Virus record (IMG/VR): IMGVR_UViG_3300031566_000048
DNA: 54,138 bases
Direction: 5' to 3' (one strand)
From: a virus
Part shown: in pieces, positions 41,290-50,359 of the stretch
Position numbering within the stretch: the stretch's first letter is position 1
Layout: each line of letters starts with the position of its first letter
The notes under the pieces: generated by a model
The model's database searches: none
What the model saw: the letters and a program-made list of their open reading frames with translations, nothing else
What the model was told of the DNA's origin: nothing
Position numbers and translations under genes: made by a program

Positions 41290-41763
41290 ATGGCAGGAGA
41301 AAATCAAAATACCAAAGTTGGTATAGAACAAGGCGGAGAATTACTTTTTGTTAAAAGCGGTGGTAAAATATTGATGGAAACTGGCTCTACTTTAGAAAAA
41401 GAAAGTGGAGTTACTGAAACAGGAAATAAGGTTTATTTAACTGGCGAAATAGCAGATATTTCAAGTGCTGCATCAAGCTGGGTAGTAAGTCCAGTTGCAG
41501 GTACGATAACCAAAATATATTCAGTTATTGATGGAGTGATAACTACTGGCGATGCTGCATTATCTTTTGAAATTGGTGGTGTTGCGGTTACAGGTGGAGG
41601 CATAACAATTGCCAATAGCGGTTCTGCAGCAGGCATTGTTGATAGTTCTACACCAACAGCTGCAAACACATTAGCAGCAGGCGGTGCATTGGAATTAATA
41701 ACAGATGGTGGTTCTACCAATGCAGTTAAAGCAGTTTTGATAATAGAAATAACGCAATCTTAA
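41290..41763 (+). CDS. Gly/Ala/Thr-rich hypothetical virion protein bracketed by two related hairpins
   Basis: RBS 'taggagat'. No motif recognised. Confidence 0.5.
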   Translation: MAGENQNTKVGIEQGGELLFVKSGGKILMETGSTLEKESGVTETGNKVYLTGEIADISSAASSWVVSPVAGTITKIYSVIDGVITTGDAALSFEIGGVAVTGGGITIANSGSAAGIVDSSTPTAANTLAAGGALELITDGGSTNAVKAVLIIEITQS

Positions 41764-41775
41764 TCTTAATTAAAT

Positions 41776-41801
41776 CCCCTTTGTCTATTATGGCAGAGGG
41801 G
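41776..41801 (+). promoter_or_regulatory. Stem-loop 'cccctttgtc-tattat-ggcagagggg', copy 2 of the repeated hairpin
   Basis: 10-bp stem that includes two G-U pairs. Confidence 0.5.
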
Positions 41802-41821
41802 AAATAAGGGGTTAGTAATAA

Positions 41822-42670
41822 ATGAGCTATGATTATTACCGAAATAATGTAGAAAAATATCAACCAAGTAGTTATAAGGTTTTGTTTAAACCAGTTACAT
41901 TGCCTATTAGTTTAGTAGAGGCAAAAGAGCATTTAAAAGTTGATGACACAAGTTCTGATGCTTATATAAGTTCTCTTATTTCTAGTGTAACCTTATTTGC
42001 AGAAAAATATACTAAACGAGATTTTATAACTAAAAAATATTTAACTTATATTGATTGTTTCTTTGAACCTATAACACTTCGTAGGAATAAAGTGTTTGAA
42101 ATTATAAGTATTAAATATTTGTTGGATAATGTTTTAACTACGGTTGATAGCTCAATTTATTATTTAACTGACGAACAAAATGATTTTGCAGATATTCTAT
42201 TAACAGACGGTAGTAGTTTCCCTAGCAGTGTAGATAATAGACGACAAGCAGTTCAAATACAATTCTATTCAGGTTTTGGGGTAAAAATAGATAGTGCTAT
42301 ATTGGCAGGTGGAACAGTAACGGTAACCACAGTAAACGACCACTATTTTACAAGCGGACAAAAAATAGTTATTAGTGGTGCGATTGAGAGTAATTATAAC
42401 GGCACACATACAATTACTGTAACAGGGGATAAGACATTTACATATCCACTTACCGCAACACCCACAAGCCCCGCAACAGGAACATTATTTGCGAATGATA
42501 TACCACAGGATTTGAAGACAGCAATGTTACAACACATTAGCAGGGTGTTTGAAAATAGAGGCGATTGTGATGCAGGTAATTCAGAGGCTTGCGATATAAG
42601 TTCTAGCATTAATTTACCAGCAGAAACTAAACAAACTTATTCTATGTATCGTATTTGGGAAATATTATAA
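41822..42670 (+). CDS. Head-tail connector (gp6-like, Phage_connect_1) with a C-terminal YNGT/PTSPATG module
   Basis: 'LSLVEAKEHLKVDDTSSDAYISSLISSVTLFAEKYTKRDF' is a typical N-terminus. The module lies at nt 42298-42494. Confidence 0.7.
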   Translation: MSYDYYRNNVEKYQPSSYKVLFKPVTLPISLVEAKEHLKVDDTSSDAYISSLISSVTLFAEKYTKRDFITKKYLTYIDCFFEPITLRRNKVFEIISIKYLLDNVLTTVDSSIYYLTDEQNDFADILLTDGSSFPSSVDNRRQAVQIQFYSGFGVKIDSAILAGGTVTVTTVNDHYFTSGQKIVISGAIESNYNGTHTITVTGDKTFTYPLTATPTSPATGTLFANDIPQDLKTAMLQHISRVFENRGDCDAGNSEACDISSSINLPAETKQTYSMYRIWEIL

Positions 42671-43062
42671 TGACAATCTGTAAAAACATAAGAGGAGTTA
42701 AAAGGGGAATTTGTATAGGTGATTTGGATGTAAAAATTAAGGTGCAAGTTAGAACTCTTAACGCCCCTGAAAGTGGAACTGACTTTGATTTAACTTTTGC
42801 GGATGAAAAAGAAGTGTGGGCAATGGTAAAAACAGTAAGAGGAACGGAGTTATTTGATGGTGTGAGTTTAACCAATGCTTATACACACGAGTTTTACATT
42901 AGATATTCTAGCGATTTTACGATTGATGCTCAAAACTGGTTAGAATGGAAAAATGAAAAATACGATATTGTTGATGTAGAAAACCTAGACGAAAGGAATG
43001 AGTTTTTACTTTTAAAAGCAATTAAAAAAGGCGATAAGGATATAAACGCAAATAAGGTTTAA
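42670..43062 (+). CDS. Head closure / head-tail joining protein (Phage_H_T_join-like)
   Basis: 'EVWAMVKTVRGTELF.......HEFYIRY' and 'YDIVDVEN......LLLKA'. Confidence 0.65.
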   Translation: MTICKNIRGVKRGICIGDLDVKIKVQVRTLNAPESGTDFDLTFADEKEVWAMVKTVRGTELFDGVSLTNAYTHEFYIRYSSDFTIDAQNWLEWKNEKYDIVDVENLDERNEFLLLKAIKKGDKDINANKV

Positions 43063-43065
43063 ATA

Positions 43066-43506
43066 ATGCCAAAGTATAAAGTTATTGAGAGTTCAGAAAA
43101 TAAAGTTTTCAAAGTTCAAGTTAATAATTTAACTGGTAACTTTCGTACAGGTATAAGGCAAGGTTTTTGGGAAACAGGAAAAGAGTTAGTTAAAACAGCA
43201 AGTAGTGAAATTAAGAGAAAAAAGACAGGCAAAGTTTATAAATATAAAGGTAGACGAATAAGGGCTGGTGCGGCAGGTGATTACCCAGCTAATAGAAGCG
43301 GTGCAAATAGGCGTAGTCTAGATTTTCAAGTTCACGGGGCAGATGAGTTAGAATTTGGAGCAGGAGTTGATTATAGTCCATTTTTAGAACGAGGTACAAG
43401 TAAAATGAAAGCTAGACCTTTTTTAAAACCAAGTATAACTAAAAACATAAATAAACTCCGTTCTAATTTAAGAAATAATATAAGAAGAGCGATAAGGGGC
43501 AGATAA
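43066..43506 (+). CDS. HK97 gp10-like neck/tail component
   Basis: 'YSPFLERGTSKMKARPFLKPS'. Confidence 0.65.
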   Translation: MPKYKVIESSENKVFKVQVNNLTGNFRTGIRQGFWETGKELVKTASSEIKRKKTGKVYKYKGRRIRAGAAGDYPANRSGANRRSLDFQVHGADELEFGAGVDYSPFLERGTSKMKARPFLKPSITKNINKLRSNLRNNIRRAIRGR

Positions 43507-44621
43507 TGAAAGCAAGCGACATAGTTAAACAATTACAGGCTACATTACCAATATACACTGAATTATTTAGTGATGTGGTTACTGTTAATAGTTTAACCAA
43601 ATCTACCACTACTATTACTGCCACTACTGCATTAGCTCACGGCTTAAAAACTGGCGATTATGTAAACATTCAAGGTGCTAGAGTTCCCAATGCCATAACT
43701 AGTTTAACGCAAACAGATAACATAGCAACTGCTGTAACTACAAATCCTATTGATTTAACTTTAAGAATTGGAATTGATAAAAATGATAAATATGTAGAAA
43801 TTAGCGGAGCTACTCAAACCGAATATAACGGAACTAAAAAACTATTATCAGTTATTGATAGTACATCATTTACTTTTCAAGTTAGTGGTAATCCAACAAG
43901 TCCAGCAACTGGAAGTCCTGTTTTAAATGAGGATATAGAAAACCTTTACAACGGCTGGTATACAGTAACTAGAATTAGCGATACAGTTTTTACTTATGTT
44001 GTAAGAAAAGAACCATTAGCAAATGCAAGTGGAACTATAAAAGCACATAGCGATATTAGGGTAACTGGAAGTGCAAGTTTGGGTAGAATTATAGATGCTT
44101 ATACTAAAAAAGCAATAGATAAATTATGGACTTTTGTTGTTTTAGGTGAAACTAATGCAAGTAAAAATCAAAACTCTGTTAGAAATGATGGTGTTGGAAC
44201 TTATACTTCACAAGACGATTATAGACCTAATTTATACCAAAACTTCAATATATACACTTTTGACCCTGCAAAAACAACATATGCAAGTTCGGAACGCAGA
44301 GACAGGGCAGAGGATATGAGAGCTATATTTTTTAAATGTATTTTAGGTACAAAATTTGAACGAAGTATAATTGATAACTTTGATAATTTATCAAGTGGGA
44401 ATGAAAAATTAAAAACTATGTTTGTATCTGATAATTTACAGCAAGATGTAAATGCTTATTACATACATAATTTTCAATTCCAATACTCTTATGATTTAAC
44501 AGCAGATGACATTGTTAAACCACAATGGAGTACCGCATTTAAAGAATTTGAGTTTTCACAAAGAAACATAGAAACTGATTTAGAAATAAGAAATATAAAA
44601 GGAAAATTACAAGGAGATTAA
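43506..44621 (+). CDS. Neck or tail-completion region protein containing YNGT/PTSPATG module sequence
   Basis: 'ITATTALAHGLKTGDYVNIQGA' and 'VEISGATQTEYNGTKKLL...FTFQVSGNPTSPATG'. Confidence 0.45.
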   Translation: MKASDIVKQLQATLPIYTELFSDVVTVNSLTKSTTTITATTALAHGLKTGDYVNIQGARVPNAITSLTQTDNIATAVTTNPIDLTLRIGIDKNDKYVEISGATQTEYNGTKKLLSVIDSTSFTFQVSGNPTSPATGSPVLNEDIENLYNGWYTVTRISDTVFTYVVRKEPLANASGTIKAHSDIRVTGSASLGRIIDAYTKKAIDKLWTFVVLGETNASKNQNSVRNDGVGTYTSQDDYRPNLYQNFNIYTFDPAKTTYASSERRDRAEDMRAIFFKCILGTKFERSIIDNFDNLSSGNEKLKTMFVSDNLQQDVNAYYIHNFQFQYSYDLTADDIVKPQWSTAFKEFEFSQRNIETDLEIRNIKGKLQGD

Positions 44622-44623
44622 AG

Positions 44624-44848
44624 ATGGAAAAAGAAAAGACGGAGTTTATAAAGTTAAAAATTAATGCTGATTTAGCAGGTTGTAAAAAAGGACAAGTTAT
44701 AACTTTAAAATCAAAAAATAAAATGCCATTAGATATATATTGGCGAAAAAGAGTAAGAGACAGTATCCACGATAATTGCGTAGAAATGGTGGAAAATAAA
44801 AAAACATCTTTTGAAATAAATAAAAAGAAATTTAAAAAAGGAGAATAA
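44624..44848 (+). CDS. Hypothetical small basic protein
   Basis: ORF between the neck genes and the sheath gene. Confidence 0.45.
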   Translation: MEKEKTEFIKLKINADLAGCKKGQVITLKSKNKMPLDIYWRKRVRDSIHDNCVEMVENKKTSFEINKKKFKKGE

Positions 44849-44853
44849 TTATT

Positions 44854-46404
44854 ATGGGACAAAGAGTAAGTTTACCAAGAGTAACGGGAGTATTCACATC
44901 AGACAGTAGAGCAATTTTAGGCGTTCCACAAAGAATTTTAGTGGTAGGGCAAAAGGTTGCAGCAGGTAGTGCTACATCAGGGGCTTTAGTTGAAAATATA
45001 GCTAATGGTGGAGCGGAGAATGCTTTATTTGGCGAAACTTCACAAATAGCAGGTTGTATAAGAGCTGTTAAATTAATTAATCAACAAACACGATTAGATG
45101 CTATTTCACTTGACGACAATGGAGCGGGAGTAGATGCCACTGGAACTATTGCATTTACAGGAACTTCTGCAACAGTAGCAGGAACTTATACAGTCAATAT
45201 AGGCTCAAGAGAAAATCATAGTTATGATATAGCGGTAGCTATTGGAGACACTCCAACAGACATAGGCGATGCTTTAGTTGCAGCTATAACTGCCGATACT
45301 AAATCAAAAGTAACAGCGGTAAATACTACTGGTTCAGTTGCATTAACAGCAGTAAACGCAGGTACAATTGGAAATAGTATTGGTTTGGAAGTTCAAAATA
45401 GTGTGGCAGGAATTACTGTTACAGTAACAGGAATGGCAAGTGGAGCTACCGACCCTGTATTAACAAATATATTTGATGTTTTAGGTGAAAATAGATATCA
45501 AACTATAGTGTTTCCAAGTGAATATGGTTTTGATTTTGTTACAGATTATTTAGACCCTAAATTAAGTGTAGATAATATATTTTTAATTGGGGATGGATAT
45601 TGCGGACAAACTGATACGCTGGCTAATTTGAAAACAGCAGCTAATGCAGAAAATTCTCAAAACCTAGTTATATTTGGAAATGAACTTATTAACGAAACAT
45701 ATTATAAAGGTTCTGCGATGTTTGAACTTGATTATGTTAGAGCTGGTTATTTTGCAGGTTGGAAAGCATTAAAACTTACCGAAGGTGCAAACATAACAAG
45801 CAGAATTTCGTCAAGGTCAAGCGGGACAATAGATAGAGTTGGTGGAGTTAGCCAAAATTCATATCCATTTTTCAACACGCCATTTGCTGAATTACCTTTG
45901 ATAGACACAGGCAAAGGATTTTCACAAACTGAAATATCAGAATTAAACGCAACTGGTATTTCTGTGGAAGGAAATAATCCTGCAAATACAAGTGTTGTTT
46001 TAGGTGAAGTTGTTACCACTTATAAAACTGATGCTCAAAGTAACCCCGATACTACTTTTAAATTTGAAAATATAAAACTTACTACGGATGCAATTAACGA
46101 ATATTTTTTCAATAATTTAAAAGCTGATTTTGACCAAAGCAGAGCTACATTTGGAGACTTAACTGCAAACGCTGCAATCGCTAATGAAGATAAGGTTAGA
46201 GTTGCAATGACAACTTACTATAAACAGCTTGGTGATTTGCTTTTAGTTGAAAAGGGTGAAACAAGTAGAAAGTATTTTAATGATAATTTAACAGTAACGC
46301 TTGACGGTTCTACTGGTAAATTTACCATTACTGGAAAAGTAATAAGTATTATTCAGTTAAGAGAAATTGACTACAATTTCAAAGTTGCTTTTCAAGCAAG
46401 TTAA
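44854..46404 (+). CDS. Tail sheath protein
   Basis: 516 aa, directly upstream of the tube gene. Mu/P2-like gene order. Confidence 0.75.
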   Translation: MGQRVSLPRVTGVFTSDSRAILGVPQRILVVGQKVAAGSATSGALVENIANGGAENALFGETSQIAGCIRAVKLINQQTRLDAISLDDNGAGVDATGTIAFTGTSATVAGTYTVNIGSRENHSYDIAVAIGDTPTDIGDALVAAITADTKSKVTAVNTTGSVALTAVNAGTIGNSIGLEVQNSVAGITVTVTGMASGATDPVLTNIFDVLGENRYQTIVFPSEYGFDFVTDYLDPKLSVDNIFLIGDGYCGQTDTLANLKTAANAENSQNLVIFGNELINETYYKGSAMFELDYVRAGYFAGWKALKLTEGANITSRISSRSSGTIDRVGGVSQNSYPFFNTPFAELPLIDTGKGFSQTEISELNATGISVEGNNPANTSVVLGEVVTTYKTDAQSNPDTTFKFENIKLTTDAINEYFFNNLKADFDQSRATFGDLTANAAIANEDKVRVAMTTYYKQLGDLLLVEKGETSRKYFNDNLTVTLDGSTGKFTITGKVISIIQLREIDYNFKVAFQAS

Positions 46405-46427
46405 TTTAATAAAAGGAGTATAAAAAT

Positions 46428-46811
46428 ATGGCAGAATTAATTAGTACACCATCTATAGTTATAAACAACGAAAATATAAAAATAAAGCCAAATTCTTTTA
46501 GCTATACAGAAGGATTTGGTGAGGCTATAAAACGAACTGAAAGTGCAGGCGGAGGAAGTGTAAGTACTGTTACAGCAAGAAATATAGAAACAGCAAAGTC
46601 AATGATTAAGTTCACATTAGAACCATTAGCAGAGAATGCAGACAAGGTAAGGGAATGGAAAAATAACTTTGAAAGTAATGTAATTCAAGCTACTGGGGAA
46701 AATAATTTTACCCGCTCTTTTACAAGTGCTGTTTTAATTAATGACCCTGAAATTGGATTAAGTGCTGATGGAGAAATATCATTAGAATGGGAAAGCGACC
46801 CAGCAAGTTAA
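46428..46811 (+). CDS. Tail tube protein
   Basis: 127 aa between the sheath and chaperone genes. Confidence 0.7.
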   Translation: MAELISTPSIVINNENIKIKPNSFSYTEGFGEAIKRTESAGGGSVSTVTARNIETAKSMIKFTLEPLAENADKVREWKNNFESNVIQATGENNFTRSFTSAVLINDPEIGLSADGEISLEWESDPAS

Positions 46812-46831
46812 AATAAAAAGGAGTTGTATTT

Positions 46832-47344
46832 ATGATGAAAGAGATTAAACATAATCTAGAAAAACCGTTTGAATATGCTTATAAAGGCGAAAAGGTATTT
46901 GCTAAACACATTACTATGAAATCTCCTACAAGGTATGTTTTAAATGATTTATCTATATTAGAAGGTGAGTTATATAAATCAATGATGAACGCTCAAAAAC
47001 TTTTACCACCAAAATCAGATAATGAAAAAGATAAAGAAATAGAAAAATTAAATCAAACTATATCTGATTTAAAAGCAGGCAAAAAATCAAAAGAGCAATC
47101 TAATAATAGTGTAGATTTAGATAATGCTGGTAAAATGATGGCTATGGGTGGTGCGGATATGGCTAAATGCTATAAAGCATTTGATAGAATTTTGACATCT
47201 CAAAATAGTCAACTAAAATCTGCGTTAATTGATGACAAAGAGCCTATAACAGAAGTTATTTTATCTAATATGGATTTAAAAGATTATAAATCTCTTTTTG
47301 ATAAATATATAAACCATTTTTTAGAAATATCCCCCGAGAGCTAA
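46832..47344 (+). CDS. Tail assembly chaperone, short (G-like) product
   Basis: Lies upstream of the tape measure gene. Contains a slippery site near its 3' end. Confidence 0.7.
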   Translation: MMKEIKHNLEKPFEYAYKGEKVFAKHITMKSPTRYVLNDLSILEGELYKSMMNAQKLLPPKSDNEKDKEIEKLNQTISDLKAGKKSKEQSNNSVDLDNAGKMMAMGGADMAKCYKAFDRILTSQNSQLKSALIDDKEPITEVILSNMDLKDYKSLFDKYINHFLEISPES

Positions 47345-47529
47345 TCGGTTCGGGGGAGGGATTTCTAAATGAGATTATTGCGAGATTGCTAGTTTACTAT
47401 AAAGGCGGTATAAGTTTAACTGAATTTTTAAATATGGATTTATTAAGCATATTTGAATTTAATAATATCGCAATCAAAATGAATGCAGAAGAAAAAAAAG
47501 CATACGAGAAAGCTAAAAGGCAAGGATAA
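46832..47529 (+). CDS. Tail assembly chaperone, -1 frameshift (GT-like) fusion: join(46832..47323,47323..47529)
   Basis: The -1 frame is open from 47305 to TAA at 47527-47529, which abuts the tape measure ATG. Confidence 0.65.
47317..47357 (+). promoter_or_regulatory. Programmed -1 ribosomal frameshift signal
   Basis: Heptamer T TTT TTA (47317-47323) in the zero frame, a 6-nt spacer, and an 8-bp stem 'tcccccga/tcggggga' (47330-47357). Confidence 0.7.
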
Positions 47530-49167
47530 ATGGCATTTCAAGAAAGTTTTTTAATTAAAGCGGTAGACCAGTTTAGTAGGGTTAATCGTAAATTTGCAGA
47601 CCAAATAGAAAAAAACAGAAAGAGTATAAAAAAGTTTACTTCTAATTTGGAAAAAGCTAAATTTGCTTTTACTGCTTTTGCTGGTGCTATTGCTTTAGGT
47701 TTTACTGCAAGTGTGGTAAGTGCTGCTAAATTTGAAAAGGGAATTACGAATGTATTTACTTTGCTTGATAAACCGCAGATACAACAGTTTGGTAATCAGC
47801 TTGAAATGGCTCAACGGAATGCGGTTAGAATGGGCTTTGCTATTGAAGATGCAAACAAAGCATTATTTGATACTGTTTCAGCTTTGGGTGCAGGTAAACA
47901 GGCATTAAAAACTTTTGATATTGCAAATAAACTAGCTATTGGTGGGCAAACTGAATTAAGAATAGCGGTTGATGGATTGACTTCTATTGTTAATGCTTAT
48001 GGCAAAGAAACTACTGATGCTACAGAAGTGGCAAATGCTTTTTTCTCTGCTCAAAGAGCAGGTAAGACAACCGTTGCGGAATTGTCTGCAAGTATAGGTA
48101 GAGTTGCCCCCGTTGCAAAACAGGCAGGTATTGGCTTTAAGACTTTACTTGCAACCGCTTCACAATTAACTTTAGGGGGATTGAGTACAGAAGAAGCTAC
48201 CACTGCTTTAAGAGGTGCAATAGCTGGTCTTATAAAGCCGACTGGAGATGCTGCAAAAGTAATTAAAAAATTTGGTATACCAATTGGTGCATCAGCTTTG
48301 CAAAATGCAGATTTCACAGAAGTACTTTTAAAACTTGCAAAAGCAGCAAAGAAAAACCCTGATGCTTTAGCTTTAATGATACCCAACATTAGAGCATTAA
48401 CTGCAATATCTGCTATAGGTACAAAAGAGGTAGGTAATTTAAGAAATATAATTGCAAGTATAAATAAAGATTATAAAGAGGGAACTGGTTTAACAGAAGC
48501 TTATGCTAAAAATGTGAAAACTTTAACACAAATATTTAAAGCTGTTGTTGGTAGTGTAAAAGATTTATCAGCTGAATTTGGTAAAGAATTATTTCCTATT
48601 TTAAAACCTATTGGTTTACAGATGATTAAATTGATAAGAGCATTTGCTGATTTATCTCCAAACACAAAAAAACTTATTTTATTAATTACTGGATTAGTGG
48701 GTGCATTTGCAGGATTATTGGGTGCTATTGGGATATTGGTTGCATTTAAGGGAACATTAATTGCCATAGGTGCTGTTTTGGCTACCCTTTCATTACCTGC
48801 ATTAGCTGTTGTTGCTGCATTAGGAGCGGTGGGAGCTGTAATTATTTATTGGAAACAAATATCAAAAGCAATAAATGATACAGTAGATGCCATTGATAGA
48901 TTTTTTGAAAGGATTACTAGATTTAGGGGAGTTGGCAAGGGACTGTTGAAAACTGCTTTAAGACCTTTGGGATTAGGTGGTTTAGTTGATGTTAAGAGAC
49001 CAGAACTTACACCACTTCCCGCAGGTGGGGACATAACCACACGGGCAGGGTTAGATGCAAACATAAATATTAACGCACCAAAAGGCGTTGTAGGTAGTGT
49101 GGAAACTAAAACAACAGGAACTGAATTTGCAAATTTAGGAGTTAATTTAGCAGGAGCAAAAATATAA
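47530..49167 (+). CDS. Tape measure protein
   Basis: Position after the chaperone. Ala/Gly-rich with hydrophobic segments 'LILLITGLVGAFAGLLGAIGILVAF'. Confidence 0.8.
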   Translation: MAFQESFLIKAVDQFSRVNRKFADQIEKNRKSIKKFTSNLEKAKFAFTAFAGAIALGFTASVVSAAKFEKGITNVFTLLDKPQIQQFGNQLEMAQRNAVRMGFAIEDANKALFDTVSALGAGKQALKTFDIANKLAIGGQTELRIAVDGLTSIVNAYGKETTDATEVANAFFSAQRAGKTTVAELSASIGRVAPVAKQAGIGFKTLLATASQLTLGGLSTEEATTALRGAIAGLIKPTGDAAKVIKKFGIPIGASALQNADFTEVLLKLAKAAKKNPDALALMIPNIRALTAISAIGTKEVGNLRNIIASINKDYKEGTGLTEAYAKNVKTLTQIFKAVVGSVKDLSAEFGKELFPILKPIGLQMIKLIRAFADLSPNTKKLILLITGLVGAFAGLLGAIGILVAFKGTLIAIGAVLATLSLPALAVVAALGAVGAVIIYWKQISKAINDTVDAIDRFFERITRFRGVGKGLLKTALRPLGLGGLVDVKRPELTPLPAGGDITTRAGLDANININAPKGVVGSVETKTTGTEFANLGVNLAGAKI

Positions 49168-49168
49168 T

Positions 49169-50359
49169 ATGGCAGATATATTAAAAGATTTAAAACCTGC
49201 AAGTTTTAGAGGGATAGAGTTTTTTGTTCAATCAGTTGATACAACTGGAGGTAGAAAAACTATTACTCACGAATACCCAAATAGCAATACTAGGTTTGTG
49301 GAAGATATTGGATTGCTTGAAGATAGTTTTAGCATAACAGCCATAATTGCAGAGCCAAATTATTTTAGTAAAAAGCAAGCATTAAAAAACGCTTTAGATA
49401 CAGCGGGGATAGGAATATTAATTAATCCTTTTGGAGATAGTGTTTCAGTTGCATTAGCAGAGCCGTATACAATAAATGAAAGTAAAAATAATTTAGGTGT
49501 GGCTACTTTTACAATGTCATTTAGTAAAGCAAGCCGTAATATATTCCCTACTGAAACAGTAGAAAATGACAGCTTAATAGTAGACCAAGCAAATGAATTA
49601 GTAACAAATACGGAGACAAATTTAAGCAATAATTTAAAACTTAAAACAAATAATTTTACTAATTTTAATTTTGTTAAAAATAAACTTACAGATGTAGCAG
49701 ATTATTTTGAAATAGCTAAAACAAAAGCCGAACAAGTTGCAGAAAAACTAAATGATTTTGATAGTAAACTTATAGATTATAGAGCTAATTTAGTTGAGTT
49801 AATAAATAAACCTGATGAATTAGCAAGTGAAATAACTGATTTATTTAATTTTTTAAATGTACTTGCTAAAGATGCTTTAGGGCAGATTGAGATGTATAAA
49901 TATTTCTTTGATTTTGGAAGTGAGGATGAAGAGATAGTAGGTTCAACTTTTGCAAGAATTGAGAGAGAAGAAAACCAGCAAATAATAAATGAAAATATTT
50001 TAGTAAATAGTTTAAGTTTAGCATATCAAAATATTATCAATGTAGATTTTACAAATACAGATGAGATTGATGAATTATCTAGTATTTTAGAAACGCAATA
50101 CGATGCTATTGCAGATAATGTTTTAGATACTACCACATATGATAACTTACAAGAATTAAGAAAAGAGGCAAGAATATTTTTTGATAGACAAAGAGCAATA
50201 GCGTATAGGGTAACGCAAATAAATACTAACTTAATACCTGCTACTGTTTTGACTTATGATTATTATGAAAATTTAGATAATTGGGAACAAATTTTGAGTT
50301 TAAACAATAGTGTAGAGCCGTCATTTTTACAGGGAGAAATTAATATTTTAACACGATGA
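49169..50359 (+). CDS. Mu gp43 (DNA circulation protein N) family tail/baseplate protein
   Basis: 'ASFRGIEFFVQSVDTTGGRKTITHEYPNSNTRFVEDIG' is the hallmark N-terminus. Confidence 0.8.
   Translation: MADILKDLKPASFRGIEFFVQSVDTTGGRKTITHEYPNSNTRFVEDIGLLEDSFSITAIIAEPNYFSKKQALKNALDTAGIGILINPFGDSVSVALAEPYTINESKNNLGVATFTMSFSKASRNIFPTETVENDSLIVDQANELVTNTETNLSNNLKLKTNNFTNFNFVKNKLTDVADYFEIAKTKAEQVAEKLNDFDSKLIDYRANLVELINKPDELASEITDLFNFLNVLAKDALGQIEMYKYFFDFGSEDEEIVGSTFARIEREENQQIINENILVNSLSLAYQNIINVDFTNTDEIDELSSILETQYDAIADNVLDTTTYDNLQELRKEARIFFDRQRAIAYRVTQINTNLIPATVLTYDYYENLDNWEQILSLNNSVEPSFLQGEINILTR

Noticed and set aside
47720-47908. 62-aa + strand ORF in an alternative frame of the tape-measure gene, and the 51571..51762 ORF inside the spike gene.
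   Set aside because: Both are embedded in strongly supported longer genes. They have no RBS and no motif. This contrasts with the HNH frame at 18363, which has clear family signatures.
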